A stretch of DNA of 64,000 nucleotides from Octopus sinensis (Eukaryota), in the NCBI RefSeq assembly GCF_006345805.1, contig NC_043007.1, forward strand, positions 63,674,001 through 63,738,000, written 5' to 3'. Positions 37,161 to 51,058 of this stretch are shown here, piece after piece. The notes under the pieces are model-generated. The model had not been told where the DNA came from, ran no database searches, and worked only from the letters and a program-made list of their open reading frames with translations. The position numbers and the translations under genes were made by a program. Numbering within the stretch: position 1 is the stretch's first letter; every line of letters begins with the position of its first letter.

Positions 37161-39559
37161 ATGGCTGCAAACTCGTGTTCAAGTATTGCCATTGCCTGAT
37201 CGAAAGTCCTACATATGTGAAGGCTATGACCAGCCATTTTTGAGACAGGTCTTACTTTTTTTCAAGCAATGCCTGTGCATGATGATTTTTTGTAGTGGGG
37301 AAAGTATTTGCACAAATCCAATCTCACTTGCTGAACATGGACAATATAAACTCGAAAAGAAGAACTAGTCTACATCATTGACCATGTCAGTGTTGCAGGT
37401 TTTCTCTCAGAGTTTTCCTCTCCTAAAGAGATGGTGTGACAACAACAGAGGGGCCTCCCACTCCCAGTGGGCCAACCATATGCCTTAGGAAGTTGGCATA
37501 GTACTCTCCTTTGATGGTGTAACCCTTTTGAAGGTAGTCAGTAAACAAATGCCTTTGCATTCCAAAAAACAGGCAATCACCAGCCCAGGTATTTCCACAC
37601 CACCGTGCATTCATACATGCATACATACACATGTACACATATTGTTAGATGGTTGTTGACTGCTCATGAGCACTTTACCCTTTGACAGGTCTTACTTTTC
37701 ATCCTGTAGGATATCCAACAATCACCCTCCTCACCAAGCAAGCTTGATGGGGTTACCAGTTTAGTCACCGACAACCCAACCATGCAATAGGGTGTACTAG
37801 ATTACATGTTACCAATAGCACCTAAGAGTGACGTCACACACACACACACAAACACATGCACAAACACACACATACACAAACACACACAAAACATACACAA
37901 CACACACACATGCACATGTACATGCATACATTCATACATATATACACACACACACATATATATATACAACAAGACACTTGTTTCTGTCTTGCTGTCTCAC
38001 TATAACCTTTCATCATCTGACATGAGATCACCTCCTCCGATGGCTGCTCCCCTCTCAAAAGATTTTTGCGTTGCAAGTTACTTGGTGTTCCTGCCACTAC
38101 TGATGCCATGTAAAAGCATCCTATCCACACTGTAAAGTGGTTGGTGGTTGGAAGGGCATCCAGCAGTAAAAACCATACCAAAACCAACCTTGCCTGTGCT
38201 TGTGCCCCATAAAAAAACACTCAGTACACTCTGCTGGGTGGGTGGATGGTGTTAGGAAGGGCATTAACTAATAAAATCCCTGCCAAAACAGATACAGAAG
38301 TCTGGTGCAGGCTCCTGTCTCGCCAGCTCCTGTCAAACTGTCCAACCCATGCCAGAATGGAAGGCAGACATTAAGTGATGATGATGACAATGATCATGAT
38401 GATGATGATCACACATACACTTACACATACATATTCATGATGTACATGGACACACATATGAAGGCAATAAAACATTCACATCTGCATTACTATATTTAGT
38501 TAAGAGTTTCAAGCTGGTTAGGTTTTATTTTGCATTTCATCAATTCAAAGTCATTAAGTACATGTAATGAAGTCAAGTTACTTCTTGCTTCTTGCATAAT
38601 ATATGTGTTGCTAAGAGAGAAATCATATTTTTAGAGCTATTATTATACACAAGAAAGACCCAGTTTATATAGCTGGCATGCAAAGAAAAATGTCAGTATC
38701 AAATAAATCTGTACACTCACACACACAAACACATACACACAGTCATACATAGATACATACAAACAAAACATGCATACACACAATCAGGTACCTACAAAAG
38801 AAAAACAGTGAAAAGGAAAAGGAAGGGAGAGAGAAGGAGAGTGAAAATGAGAGAGAAAAGAGAAAGTACCCTTAATATCCTATTACAATTTCTGCCATTC
38901 TACCTATGTCAAAAAATAAAAACAAAAAACAAGCAAAAATAATGAGTCAACAAGCCAATGAGAGATCTCCTGCAAATCATACTCTACAATCTTAAATGAT
39001 GAAGAATACATTAGAAAAAAGAATCATCAAAGCTAAAATGCCTTTTATTACATGTTTACTAAATCATAGTTAATTTGGCTCTAAACATTACCTTCTTTCA
39101 CTGCCATCAGCCCAAACAGATGTCACTTATATAATGACATTCTGAATATACAAAATGAAAGGGGATGAGATCAAGACTAGAATGTCTTTGATTATTAGAT
39201 TGACTTGGATCAGGGCTAACTTGGAGTTAAACAACAACAATGAAGAAAAAAAAACCCAAAACAAACAATAGTAATGAATTCTAACAGATGTTCAAATTCA
39301 CAAATCTTAGGTGAGTGGAATAGCTGATTAAGTTAACCGCAGTAATTCACAGCAACTTATTTTATCAACTCTAGAAGAACCAAAGTTTGAGGGTTCAGAA
39401 ACCCCATCAACAGAAAATGAGGCAACTACTATTTATGCCAAATGAATGAAACAGATTTAATGATCCACTAATCCAAATCATAAAACATCAGATACACTCC
39501 ATTATAAAAGAAGCAAGGCATTTCAAGAAAAAAATAACTTGATATTCCAGAAACCCAAC

Positions 39560-39730
39560 CAATAGGAAAAGTGAATATAGTGACAGGTATAACAAATTAT
39601 TTGTGTACCTATACTGGAAAATATGCAGGAGTTACAAATCAAAACACCTGAGAAGTGTCATAAATATTAGCTAAACATAGTTACTGACAACAATGATGTC
39701 ACCATCCTCTGAGATATGCCCATCCACACA
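39560..39730 (+). mobile_element. Fragment of an R4/NeSL-type (RLE) non-LTR retrotransposon
   Basis: Translates to remnants of YLYWKICRSY and DVTIL*DMPIHT, resembling the C-terminal region of RLE elements. Confidence 0.55.
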
Positions 39731-40821
39731 GTTTAATTAATTAGCAGTTTACTGCATACATGTTCTACATAGTCAAAGCCCACATTCCCAGTTTGGATAT
39801 CATTGTTTCCCTCTTTTTTTCTGCAGTATTTTCAAATTGTTTACCAGTTCCTCATTAGCTATTCAAACTATTCATATGGTTCTAGGTGGAAATGTGTATT
39901 ATGTATTCCACAATTCAGTACTCATCTTTCAGAAAATGGTAAAGTTAACTGGTTTGTGGGTACTTTGAGTTCTGTTCACCTTTCTGAATTTTTAGTTTGT
40001 TATAGAATCATGGTCATTAACTGTTTTCCCTATATGCTCAATAACAATTTACCATGATCCAATAAACTTCTTGTTGGAAGAATGAATGGAAGGAAGGTAC
40101 CTATTAATGTGAACAATACATGCCACCAGTACCAGATATTACCAGATATATGATTCTGCTGACACACCTGACACACATTCACCTTTGCCAGTTACCAGTC
40201 CATGTTGGAATTAAAGTAAATTTCTTATTCTTGCAGTGTCTTTGTGTGCAAGACCCTGAGAGGAATCTCCCCTCTACTATTGCATATTGCTTGGCATGAA
40301 TGATGAGGTCAATGTTCACATTCTCTTCAGATATTTCTCTGTATGGTCATACATGGCCCTTTCACCTTACCAGCTCTTGACAACCATATATTAGTATGTC
40401 ACTGGTCTCCATGCCATTATTCCAAGATCTATATGGATCTTTTGATCTCTTGCATCAATCCACTTCCCTTCAAGACAAACCTCAACAATTCTTCAATCAT
40501 TTGTGAAAGATCCAGCATTTGCAGCACTCTTGCTGTACCTGTTGTTTATACTGCAGCTGATGATACCATTAGCCACAGGGAATGTCATTGATTATAGCAC
40601 TGATGGTACTGGCATTAGATTTAATTGCAGTTTTTCTCCTAGTTTTGGTTTCTACTGCTGTTATTGTTACTGCTATCACTATTGCAGGAAATATTAATGT
40701 TGTTGTTACTACTGCTGCTATTGCTGTCAGGGATGGTAGCGGCAGTAATGATGGTTGTATTGATATTCCTTACATCTTTCTGTTTTTGAAATAGATGAAT
40801 TTGATCAGATTGAATACTTAC

Positions 40822-40972
40822 TTGGAAACATCTTCTAAAGCTTGTATAAAACTTTTTTTGTTGGTCATTCCAGCAACATCACTGTTTGTAACACTGTGTA
40901 TATTGTTGTATGCCTTCTCTAAGATCAATTTATTATATCTGGCAGTCAGTAATCCTTTATTTGAACAAGCAT
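40822..40972 (-). CDS. FAM194-domain gene exon 8
   Basis: tatttcag acceptor, GTAAGT donor, phase 1/2; DACSNKGLLTARYNKLILEKAYNNIHSVTNSDVAGMTNKKSFIQALEDVS. Confidence 0.75.
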
Positions 40973-41484
40973 CTGAAATAGATAAGGTACAAATAAATGA
41001 CATATAATTAATTTGCATTACATTATAATAGTATTGTTTGGCAAATATTTGTGTGTGTGCATAAGGATCTAAGTCAAAGTCTCTATTTTGTGTGTACATG
41101 TAAGTGTACGTGTGAGTGCAAACTATGACTTTAAGTTCATATCTACAGGTTTTAAATATCCATCTACATACTGAAAATGATGTGTATGGAGGTGTCAAAT
41201 TTTTGTATGAAAAATACCCCAGTAAAACATCACTTGTGTGTGTGTGTGCATGTGTGCGTGCATGTGTGTGTGTGTGTATGTATGTGTGTTCTCTTCTATT
41301 TTAGTTGTTTCAAGTCTTCCTGTAAAGAAGGGACTAGTTTCTATTAAAGATATAAGTTCCATTGTTGGAATAAAGATAACAAAAACAAATTAACATTTTG
41401 AATTTGAGAGAAGTCTTACATAATCTTGTTGTTCCATTTACTGATTGTATTTTTTTTTTATGCGCATGTTAGCTGATTGATTTC

Positions 41485-44245
41485 TGTGGTGTTATGAACC
41501 AGGCTGTGTTGTAGGGAAGGATCAGAAGTGAGGGAGTAGGCATGTCCTGTCGGAAGTGGAGCCTGTGGGTCCCACTGGAAGGGCCGCGGTGGGCATGCGG
41601 GGTCAGTGAAGCACGAGAGTCAGTCGGTGGTGAACAGCGCATCAAAGCAGACATGTTAGATTGTACGGCGACAGATAGTGCACATGGATGTTGAAATGAC
41701 CCTTTATCCAGACTGACAGATAAGACTACCACATTTCTCCCTTCACTTCCATCTTTTTCTTCCTTTACATCCCAAGCTATTTCAGCTAAAAATGATGGGT
41801 ATGTCTGTGTTTCAAATGAGACATTTAGGCCATTTTGTGGCAAGCGAGATGTCACTACTTGGCTGCAAAATTAAGTTGATGGCAAGACTTCAAGGTATAG
41901 CTGACCTAGCGAGTTTCATACTGTTGTATCTCGATGAATTGGCATTGGTGCTATACCTAGAAATGGAGGAGAAGGACCAGTTGAGCGCTGAAAAAATTGA
42001 AGGCCAGCTGATGGAGGCTTTTACAGAAAGGCCATTTATGGCATATGGTTGACTGGGGAAAGCGAAGTGGATGGGCGAACAGGTTGATGTGTTTGCTGAC
42101 AAAACCAGGAGATTGGCTAGACTTGTGGGATATAAAGATGATGCAATGGAACAAACTGTTAAATTAGCATTTGTGACAGGGATTTCCTGACCATGTGTCA
42201 GTCAAACTGCAAAAGATGCCAAATATTCACTCCATGGTGATGGGAGAGGTAATATCTCGAGCCAGAGCCATTGTCTCATGTTGCAAGATGACACCTTTAG
42301 CAACGACTGCAACACCGAGATGGGGTCAAACAAAGAGCGGTGGAGAGGGGTCAAAGAAGGAACGTGGGCGACCCTTCAAAGGACAGTGTGATGGTTCGCA
42401 CATCATGAGAGACTGCAAGGAACTCAGGCCTTGAGGATTTGCTATCGATGCAAACAGATAGGCCATATCGCTAGTGAATGCATGCAGAGAAATGGTCCAT
42501 AGGAGACTACTGTGCCGGTTGTCATCCTGTCAAAAGAATAGAGGTATGTATACAGTCATTGCCAGTAGTAGAAGTCATGGTGAACAGAAAGATGTCATGA
42601 GTCCTCGTGGAGACAGGCTGCTCAACAACCCTAATGACTCTAAAGCTGGTAGAAGAATGGAGTGGAGTGAGTGGTGTAAGGGCTGTTGATGGTATGGAAA
42701 TTAAATGCAGAGGAAGTAGCGATGTGGAAATGGTGGTATGAAGAACAAGACTGAGGCTGCATGCAATTGTGATTGACCATGTAGTGGACGGAATCGATGT
42801 GGTGATGAGGATGGATACTATTGCCCATTTGGGAGGCATCATGGTCAATGAAGCTGGTGTAGTATTCAGTGATGCAGGGATGCTATGCACTGTGAGTCCG
42901 CAACAGGAGAGTGGTGAGAGCTGCAAAGAAAAATATGCTGCACACATCATCATAAACAAAGATTTTTGAGCTATGTTTGATGGCCGGCAGTGGACAATGG
43001 AATGGCAATGGAAGGGAGATCCTCTGACATTGAAAAATGCAGTAGGCTGCTATCAGCATACCTTGAAAGGGGATGCTAGAAGTGAGTTTAAGGGAGAGGT
43101 GGACCGGTGGATCAAGGAAGGTATTCCGATTCCTTGGAAGGAGGAAGTGGGGAGTGGAGTGCAGCTGATGAAGCATAAAGTCAAGCTAGTATTGGATTTC
43201 CGAGAGCTGAACAACCACATATTGTGCCATACGGGCAGCGAAGCTACGGACATTTGTAGCGAAACCTTGAGAGAGTGGAGGCAGATGACAGGAGTCTCCA
43301 CAATCATCAATTTGAAGTCAGCATACCTGCAGCTGCATGTGACTGACAGACTGTGGAGATATCAGCTGGTAAGGTATAAGGGATGGACATACTGCCTGAC
43401 CAGGTTGGGATTCGGGCTAAATTCAGCACCGAAGATTATGGCACCGATTCTCAAACCCCTCCTGGAAAAGGCCAACAAAGTAAAAAGAGCCACCAATTCC
43501 TATAGTGATGACATCCTGGTGGATGAGAGCATATTGTCAGCAAAGGAGGTCATAAGCCACTTGAAGAATTTTGGGCTAACTGCCAAACTGCCAGGGGCGA
43601 TGGAAGAAGGAGCTGCACTGGGACTCAAGCTATGGAGAGACAAGGCCAGCATGTTGGTGTTTTGGAGAGGGAATGAAATCCCTGGACTGGGCTCCAAGAC
43701 AAGTAGGCAGGAACTGTTTTCTGTGTGTGGGAACCTGCTGGGACTCTACTCTATTGCAGGATGGCTCTGGACAGTATGCAGCTTCATCAAGAGTGAGGTG
43801 GAGTGATAACATGGGCGAGAAGACAACTGCCATGATGCAATAAGTCTTGGAGAAAGTGACTGTGGAAGACCCAGTAAGAGGAACTGGTATGTGCCCAAAT
43901 TGAAGAATGGATCATGTTGTGTGATGCCAGCAGCATAGCAATGGGAGTTGTCCTGGAAATTGGAGGTGTTGTGGTGGAGGATGCAGCCTGGCTTAGGAAG
44001 AAGGATGGCTGCAACCACATCAGCATGGCGGAGCTGGATGCCATGTTGAAGGGGCTGATTTGGCCACTGTACTTAGATGGGTGGGATCAGTGGTCACCGG
44101 TGAGTGGAGGGTGTGAACTAAGTGGGGTGCAGAGATGCTGATAAAATGCTGTTTGGGAATTCTCGGCAAGTTAGCTGCAGAGTTTGACCTGAAGCTGAAT
44201 GTGGTTTTTGTGCCCTTTGAGAGGAATAGAGTGGACGTCCTAACC
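41485..44245 (+). mobile_element. Degenerate Ty3/Gypsy LTR retrotransposon (gag-protease-RT-RNase H, truncated before integrase)
   Basis: Zinc knuckle CYRCKQIGHIASEC, protease VETGCSTT, RT LVLDFRELN / LKSAYLQL / RLGFGLNSAP / YSDD, RNase H CDASSIAMG...AELDA; multiple frameshifts. Confidence 0.9.
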
Positions 44246-44477
44246 ATTTTAAAGCTGGTTAATGATGCACAGCTGCATCCAATATATTACGAGCAGGAGA
44301 GCAAACGCCTACTAGCTTCTAGTGACAGGACCAGCAGACCAGTCTGGTTTGGGGCTATTTCTTAAAAAATCGCAGTAAAGTCCATTTGAATGGAACAGCT
44401 ACGTTGAAGTGGCTACGAACATTCCTTGCTAGTACAACTACTGCATTCATCTTTTAGAGAGACTTTTTTTGCTTATG

Positions 44478-44485
44478 TATATATA

Positions 44486-44548
<63 letters not shown>
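44478..44548. repeat. (AT)n microsatellite
   Basis: Direct inspection. Confidence 0.95.
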
Positions 44549-44550
<2 letters not shown>

Positions 44551-45046
44551 CAGAAAATAAAGGGATTCTAGAATGCAGGAAGGCTGTGAAGAGAGTTTAG
44601 AAAATCAGGTAAATACCCTTTAGAATATGGAAAAAATATGGCCCAAAAGCCTCCACATGGAATCAAACCCTGCACCTTTCAAATTCCAGCTTAGTTCTCA
44701 GTACCATTAAGCTAAGACATCTATGACATCCAAAGGGCTCTTATATAAATTTACACATACATAACATTTAGTTAATAAGCTTTTCCCTAACACAGAACTC
44801 TATTCTTGGTAACTAATGTGCCTATAATTTTGGATTGCTCTGGGAATAAGGCAAATGTAGACTTAGAGAAACCTAGTATAGAAAACAGAAACACTAAAGA
44901 TAAATCTAGTAGTTTAAAAATCTAATCTGACACGGCATATTACAAATAATTGAACCTGCATAATCATGCATACATAAAAATCCCATAAAAGCTTTTATTT
45001 AGGAGTCAAATATGAATTACAGAACTGCTGAAACAGTCATACCCAC

Positions 45047-45279
45047 CTGGAACAGAAGGTATATTTTGCTTTTCTTTTGAGTCACATTCAGTTACTGTAA
45101 TACTTATTGAGTTGAGTTTATTATCTCTCTGTGTCATACTTTCTATCTCTGTTTGCACAGCTGGACAGGTCTGCTTCAGTTTCTTACTTTGATAAATTGG
45201 GGTGCTTCTTTTGCATACACTTTTAACTTTTAGCCCAATGGTGACCTGATAATGATTCATCCAGCTATTTACGATACTC
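45047..45279 (-). CDS. FAM194-domain gene exon 7
   Basis: ctatctcag acceptor, CAG|GTGGGT donor; SIVNSWMNHYQVTIGL...; phases match both neighbours. Confidence 0.8.
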
Positions 45280-46548
45280 CTGAGATAGAAAGAAAATTAC
45301 TTTAGAATTGTAGCAACATGTAAATAAATATTCTGCCTACTGTAATTCAGTGTCTCAACCTGCCTTCCATTTAAGAGCCAAATGCAAAATTTCATTGAGT
45401 TTATACTTGTACTTATAACATTTTTAATTATTTATACTAGTTATAAAACTCAGAAATTCTACAACAGAATAGTGGGGTTGGAAATTTTTCATTTGAAAAT
45501 CACCCACTTGACTAAATTTCAAAAGTTATATTTTACATAATATTGGTTTCAAATTTTGATAGCAGGCCAACAGGCTTGGGAAAGGGGCTAAGTTGATTAA
45601 ATTGACCTCAGCATTCAACTGGTACTTATTTTATTGACCCGAAAAGATAAAAGGCAAAGTTGACACTGACAGAATTTGAACTCAGAACAAAAAGACAGAT
45701 GAAATGCTGCTAAGCATTTCACCTAGTGTGTTAATGTTTCTGCCAGTTTGCTGCCTTCAGGTTTTACATAATATGAATGCAAAAATCTTGCTTTCTATAA
45801 CTCTGGATATTTAGTTGCATTCTATCAAACAAAAACAGAAACAAATAAATATAAACAAGCATATTCTAATATATTTATTGTGATAAAGACCAAAACTACC
45901 TTTAAGCAATGCCTGTACAACCATGGGTCTTCTTTTAGGATTCCGGAAAGATATTATGTCATGTCCCTAGTCAACCATGTGTGGCACCTTAAGGATGAAG
46001 GAACTCTATATGAAATTAAATGGGGGCTCATAGTTTTATACAAGCTTTAGAAGATGTTTCTTTTTAAAGCAGTCTTCTTCATGGCCCCAATCCAATGACT
46101 GAAACAAGTAAAAAGATACAAAAAAAAAAGAAACAAATATCTCTAACTCACCACTTCCACTTCTATTCAATCCCCTGATTACACACTTCCCCCCCTCTCT
46201 CCATCTTGCATTTCTTATCCCTTCTTGCTCATCCTCTACTTCTCTACTCTTCCTCCATAAGCTGCCTGCATCCTCCTCCCTGCTTTTACTCCTCTCTTCC
46301 TCCTCTCTTGCACTACAATGTGAATTTTTACCTGCCAATTTTATCTGTAATCAGTTGAACCCACCACCACCACCACCACCAAAACCAGCAGCAGTAGGAA
46401 CTTTTAGGATCTTGCCTAATATTTGTATTCTGAAGTAGACAAATGTAAGATGTAATTCTTAAACTATTTAGAAGAGAAAATAGCTATTTTTGTTCTTGCA
46501 CTCATGACTAAATGAGTTACAAAAATGACTTCACTTCAAATATCATAC

Positions 46549-46637
46549 CTAGCTTTCTTTTGTAAGTGTTGTAATTCAGATTCACCTATCATTTCAAAAC
46601 ATGCTTCTGGTGACATATCCAAAGACTTTCTATATTT
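46549..46637 (-). CDS. FAM194-domain gene exon 6
   Basis: ttttacag acceptor, AG|GTATGA donor; KYRKSLDMSPEACFEMIGESELQHLQKKAR. Confidence 0.75.
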
Positions 46638-47040
46638 CTGTAAAATGTAAGAGAAATTAAGAACAATTTGAGATTAAATGAATGGTAAAGGATTAATGCA
46701 GTACTAGAAGCAAACCAGCCCATAAAATTATGGATACTTATTTTTTTGACCCTATCATGTAAACAGGAGACCACTGAATTCAAAATAAATGAAATATCTA
46801 ATAAGGATATTGTAAAGTATCATGCCCAATGCTTATTTCACAAACAAAAAAACCACTGTTTGAATCTATTTCATTCAAACCGGATGCTTTATTCATTTAT
46901 TGTTGTATTTGTATATTCTTTGTTTCATTCAGTCACTGTTCTGTGGCTATACAGCGCATTTACTCATTGTTATTTTGTTTATGATTGGAAAGTTTTTAAA
47001 TTTGAACAAATACAAGTACTGGTGCAATAATCAGACCTAC

Positions 47041-47145
47041 CTTATGGATGCTGTCAATTTGCTTCTCTTGAATATCATGGCCTTTAAGGAGATCTTTTGC
47101 ATAAGATGATGCAAAGGGCCCAGATGTCATCAAAAATAACCCTTT
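47041..47145 (-). CDS. FAM194-domain gene exon 5
   Basis: ttttctag acceptor, AAG|GTAGGT donor; KGLFLMTSGPFASSYAKDLLKGHDIQEKQIDSIHK, phase 0/0. Confidence 0.75.
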
Positions 47146-47776
47146 CTAGAAAATAAAAGTTAATTTTTTTTCTAAAAATGTATGGTTGATATATAAAGAT
47201 GTCATTTTACAACAGAAACATATAGCAAGTAGAATTTATATTTAATACATATTCAGCTTCTAAGGTGGCAAGCTGGCAAAACTGTTAGCACATCGGGCAA
47301 AATGCTTAGCAGCATTTTGTCTGTCTAAGTTCTGAGTTCAACTGTTGCTGAGGTTGACTTTGTCTTTCATCTTTATGGAGTCAATAAGTCAAGCAGTGGA
47401 GTGTAATTGACTTAGCCCTTTCCCTGAAACTGCTGATCACGTGTCAAAATTTGAAACCAATATATATTCAGCTTCTTCTGGTTAAGTTGGTTAAGTACCA
47501 TGGGACAAAGTTAAACACCTGAAAAGCTGAATAAACTACTTGACTTCATTTCCTGGCAGAAATTTTTTACACTTCACATATGTCTGTGAAAAAGAAAATG
47601 TATATCAAAATATTTAATTTCCCATCCTATATTTCTCTAGTCAGAAGAGAAAATATTTTCAATTGTTTGTAGATGATGAATGTTAAATTAATTCCAAGTG
47701 CATTGGTCCAACAACAGAACATTTACATAGTTGTTTGCTCTGCTAGAAATACCAGCCAAATCTCCATCAAATTAAA

Positions 47777-48790
47777 ACTGCTGAGGATTTGCGTAAGCTC
47801 ACAAGAAATGAAGCTAGTATGCTCCGTTGGATGTGTAATGTCAGTGTTCATAGTCGACAGAGTGTAAGTACCTTGAGAGAAAAGTTGGACCTAAGAGGCA
47901 TCAGATGTTGTGTGCAAGAGAGACAATTGCGCTGGTATGGTCATGTGGTGAGAATGGATGAAGATAGGTGTGTGAAAAAGTGCCACACACTGGCAGTTGA
48001 GGGGACCTGTGGAAGAGGTAGACCCAGGAAAACCTGGGTCGAGGTGGTGAAGCACGACCTTCGAACTCTAGGTCTCACCAAGGAAATGACCAGAGACCGA
48101 GACCTATGGAAGTATGCTGTGCGTGAGGAGACCCGGCAAGACCAGTGAGAACAATCAAAATCAAATCATATATCAGAAAGCAGTGGTTAAGTGAACCATC
48201 CGTTTGTGTCCGCTGCCAGCCTCGCCTGGCCCCCGTGTCGGTGATATGTAAAAGCACCATTCGTTCATGGCCGATTGCCAGCTCTGTCTGGCCCCCATGT
48301 CGGTGGCACGTAAAAGCACCATCCGTTTGTGTCCGTTGCCAGCCTCGCCTGGCCCCGTGCCGGTGACACGTAAAAGCACCATCCGTTCGTGTCCGTTGCC
48401 AGCCTCGCCTGGCCCCCGTGCCGGTGACACGTAAAAGCACCATCCATTCGTGGCCGATTGCCAGCTCTGTCTGGCTCCGTGTCGGTGGCACATAAAAGCA
48501 CTATCCGTTCGTGTCCGTTGCCAGCATCGCCTGGCCCCGTGCCGGTGACATGTAAAAGCACCATCCGTTCATGGCCGTTTGCCAGCTCTGTCTGGCACCT
48601 GTGCAGGTGGCACGTAAAAAACACCCACTACACTCACGGAGTGGTTGGCATTAGGAAGGGCATCCAGCCGTAGAAACACTGCCAGATCTGACTGGGCCTG
48701 ACGAAGCCTTCCAGCTTCACAGACCCCAGTTGAACTGTCCAACCCATGCTAGCATGGAAAGCGGACGCTAAATGATGATGATGATGGTGA
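47777..48790 (+). mobile_element. 5'-truncated RTE LINE copy with its own ~60-bp tandem array (48195-48620) and (GAT)n tail
   Basis: ORF 47789-48148 is nearly identical to the C-terminus of the 951-2342 ORF; same 3' terminal module. Confidence 0.93.
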
Positions 48791-49795
48791 TGTTTGGAAA
48801 GAAGGGCATGTTAGATAATGTGATTTTTGGTTCATTGTGGCTAAGTAAAAAAAAGTTGGTCATGGTTGGAATGGCTTAGATCATAAGCTTGCTTGATCAA
48901 GGCTAACTTGTTCTAAGCAAATCAAATTCCTGGCCTTGTTATGCTTCTCTGATGAAGTAGTTTCAGTTCTCATATGCTTTTATTGACTCCAAGAAATGCA
49001 TGAATGTCACAACATCTCAGATAAAAAGCCGTTAAGTGTTTTCTCCATCATGCTAACAATTTTGCCAGCTTGCCACCTTACACCAGTTAAATATCATATT
49101 CCAAATTTCGGCACAAGGGGGAGGGGCTAAGTCAATTAACTCTAACTCAGTGCTTAACTGGTACGTATTTTATTGACTTCAAAAGGACGAAAAGCAAAGT
49201 CAACCTTGGTAGAATTTGAACTCAGAATGTAAAATGCTGCTAAACATTTTGCCCAGTGTGCTAATGATTCTGCCAGCTTGTTGCCTTACATCAGTTAAAT
49301 ATTACTTTGGAGAAAAATTGATATAGGAATAATGTTAGTGAATGAATAATGGATCCAACATGGATTATATCAGTCCTGGCTAGGCTCTCAATCTCTCCAA
49401 AAGAAACTGCAATAAATTACAGAGAAGTAAAAGAAAAAAAACAACATTGCTTTTGAAGGACTTCTTGCTAAGTGAAGAAACAACTGAAGCAGTCATTATA
49501 GCAATATGGATATATTGCAATACTGGAAATTAAATCAAGCAACAATATGTTGGAGTTGTATAAAATGTCACACAGGACTGTATTGCAATGTCTTATAGTG
49601 AGTGTTATTCAATATTTTGTATGATTTCATGATCCAATGAAGTTGCTTTAATTTGCACCCATTCCACCCTCACCCCCACCGACAACTGTAGCAGTAGTAG
49701 TGGCAGTGGCATGGGAACAGTAGCAGCAGCAAATTTATCAGCAATAATAGTAGCTGTAGTAACAGAAAAGCAGTTAATTTATTTTGAAACTAATA

Positions 49796-51040
49796 CAAGG
49801 GTGAGCTGAAAAGTTCATAGGCTGCTGAATTGTGAAATCTTGTATGCATTAATTTCAACATTTCTTATTAATAACTGCATTATTTCTTTCCAGCTAAACT
49901 GATATCTGATTGGTCAAAGAAGATTTCAATAATAAATAGTTGCAACTTCTCTTGAAAATGAACAGAATTTGGCATCATGGTGTTATCAAGTATCTATGGA
50001 AAAAAAGCTTTAGCCCCCAGCGATATCCATGCTGACATGGTTGCTATATTAGGAGATGATGCTCAAGCTTTATCATCAGTGCAAAAGAGGGCAGCTCAAT
50101 TTAGGAGGGGGAGGGAGAATCTTGAAGATGGGCCAAGATCTGGGCATCCTGCAACTACTACCACCGAGGAAAACAGTGATTTTTTTCATCATACAGTGAT
50201 GGATGACATGCAATTGAAGATAAATCCAAAGGCCAATGCTTTTAGCATATCCCAAGATAGAGTTAAGAATATTCTGCACAGTGAACTTGGCATGATGAAG
50301 GTTTCTGCTCAGTGGATGCCATGTCTTCTGATAGCTGATCAAAAGCACACCAGGTTGATCACATTGCAGGGAAAATTTGACATTGTTTGAGGCAGACCCA
50401 GTTGGTTTCCTTGAACGTTTTCTAATCTAGGATAAGTGCTGGGTTCATCACTTTGAACCAGAGGCAAAGAGACAATCCATGCAATGGAAACACCCCTCCT
50501 CATCTGCTCCAAACAAAGTCAAGGTCATTTCATTTGCAGGGAAAGTGACGGCCTCAGTTTTTTGAGATGCAAAATGCATTGTGTTTATTGATTATCTTCA
50601 AAAGGACCATACCATCAATAGAGAGTACTATACCAACTTGTTGAAGCAGTTATGAAAAGATATCAAGGTCAAACACCTTGGAAAACTGATGAAAGGGGTT
50701 TTATTTCATCAGGACAATGCTCCAGCACACAGGTCCTTGTTTTCAATGGCTGCTGTGCATAACTGGCTTTGAACTGGTTGATCAGCCTCCCTATTCTCCT
50801 GGTTTTCCTCTATCTGACTCTCATCTGTTCCTTAACATTAAAATACACTTTGCTGAGAATGTGTATTGCAGTGATGATGACATCATATCTGCTGTTGATG
50901 ACTTTTTGACCAACAAAATGAAAGCTTCTTCACCAATGAGATTCAAGTACTGAAATACAGGTGGAAGAAGTGTGTCAAAAATAAAGTCTCATTCTGTGAG
51001 AGCTTCTTAGTCAGCCTATGAACTTTTCAGCAGACTGTTG
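49796..51040 (+). mobile_element. Full-length degenerate mariner transposon
   Basis: TIRs (gctgaaaagttcataggctg / cagcctatgaacttttcagc); motifs WMPCLL, FHQDNAPAH and QPPYSPGFPLSDSHLF; stops and frameshifts. Confidence 0.92.
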
Positions 51041-51058
51041 TGTGGGAGATTCAATAAC

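Noticed and set aside
36847-38220. His/Thr- and Val/Cys-rich ORFs
   Set aside because: Translations of (CA)n/(CATA)n microsatellites; likewise at 51495-51868.
40050-40099. Alternative terminal exon for the FAM194 gene (KYLPSIHSSNKKFIGSW*)
   Set aside because: Weak acceptor compared with 35742; cannot be excluded without RNA data, but not supported enough to call.
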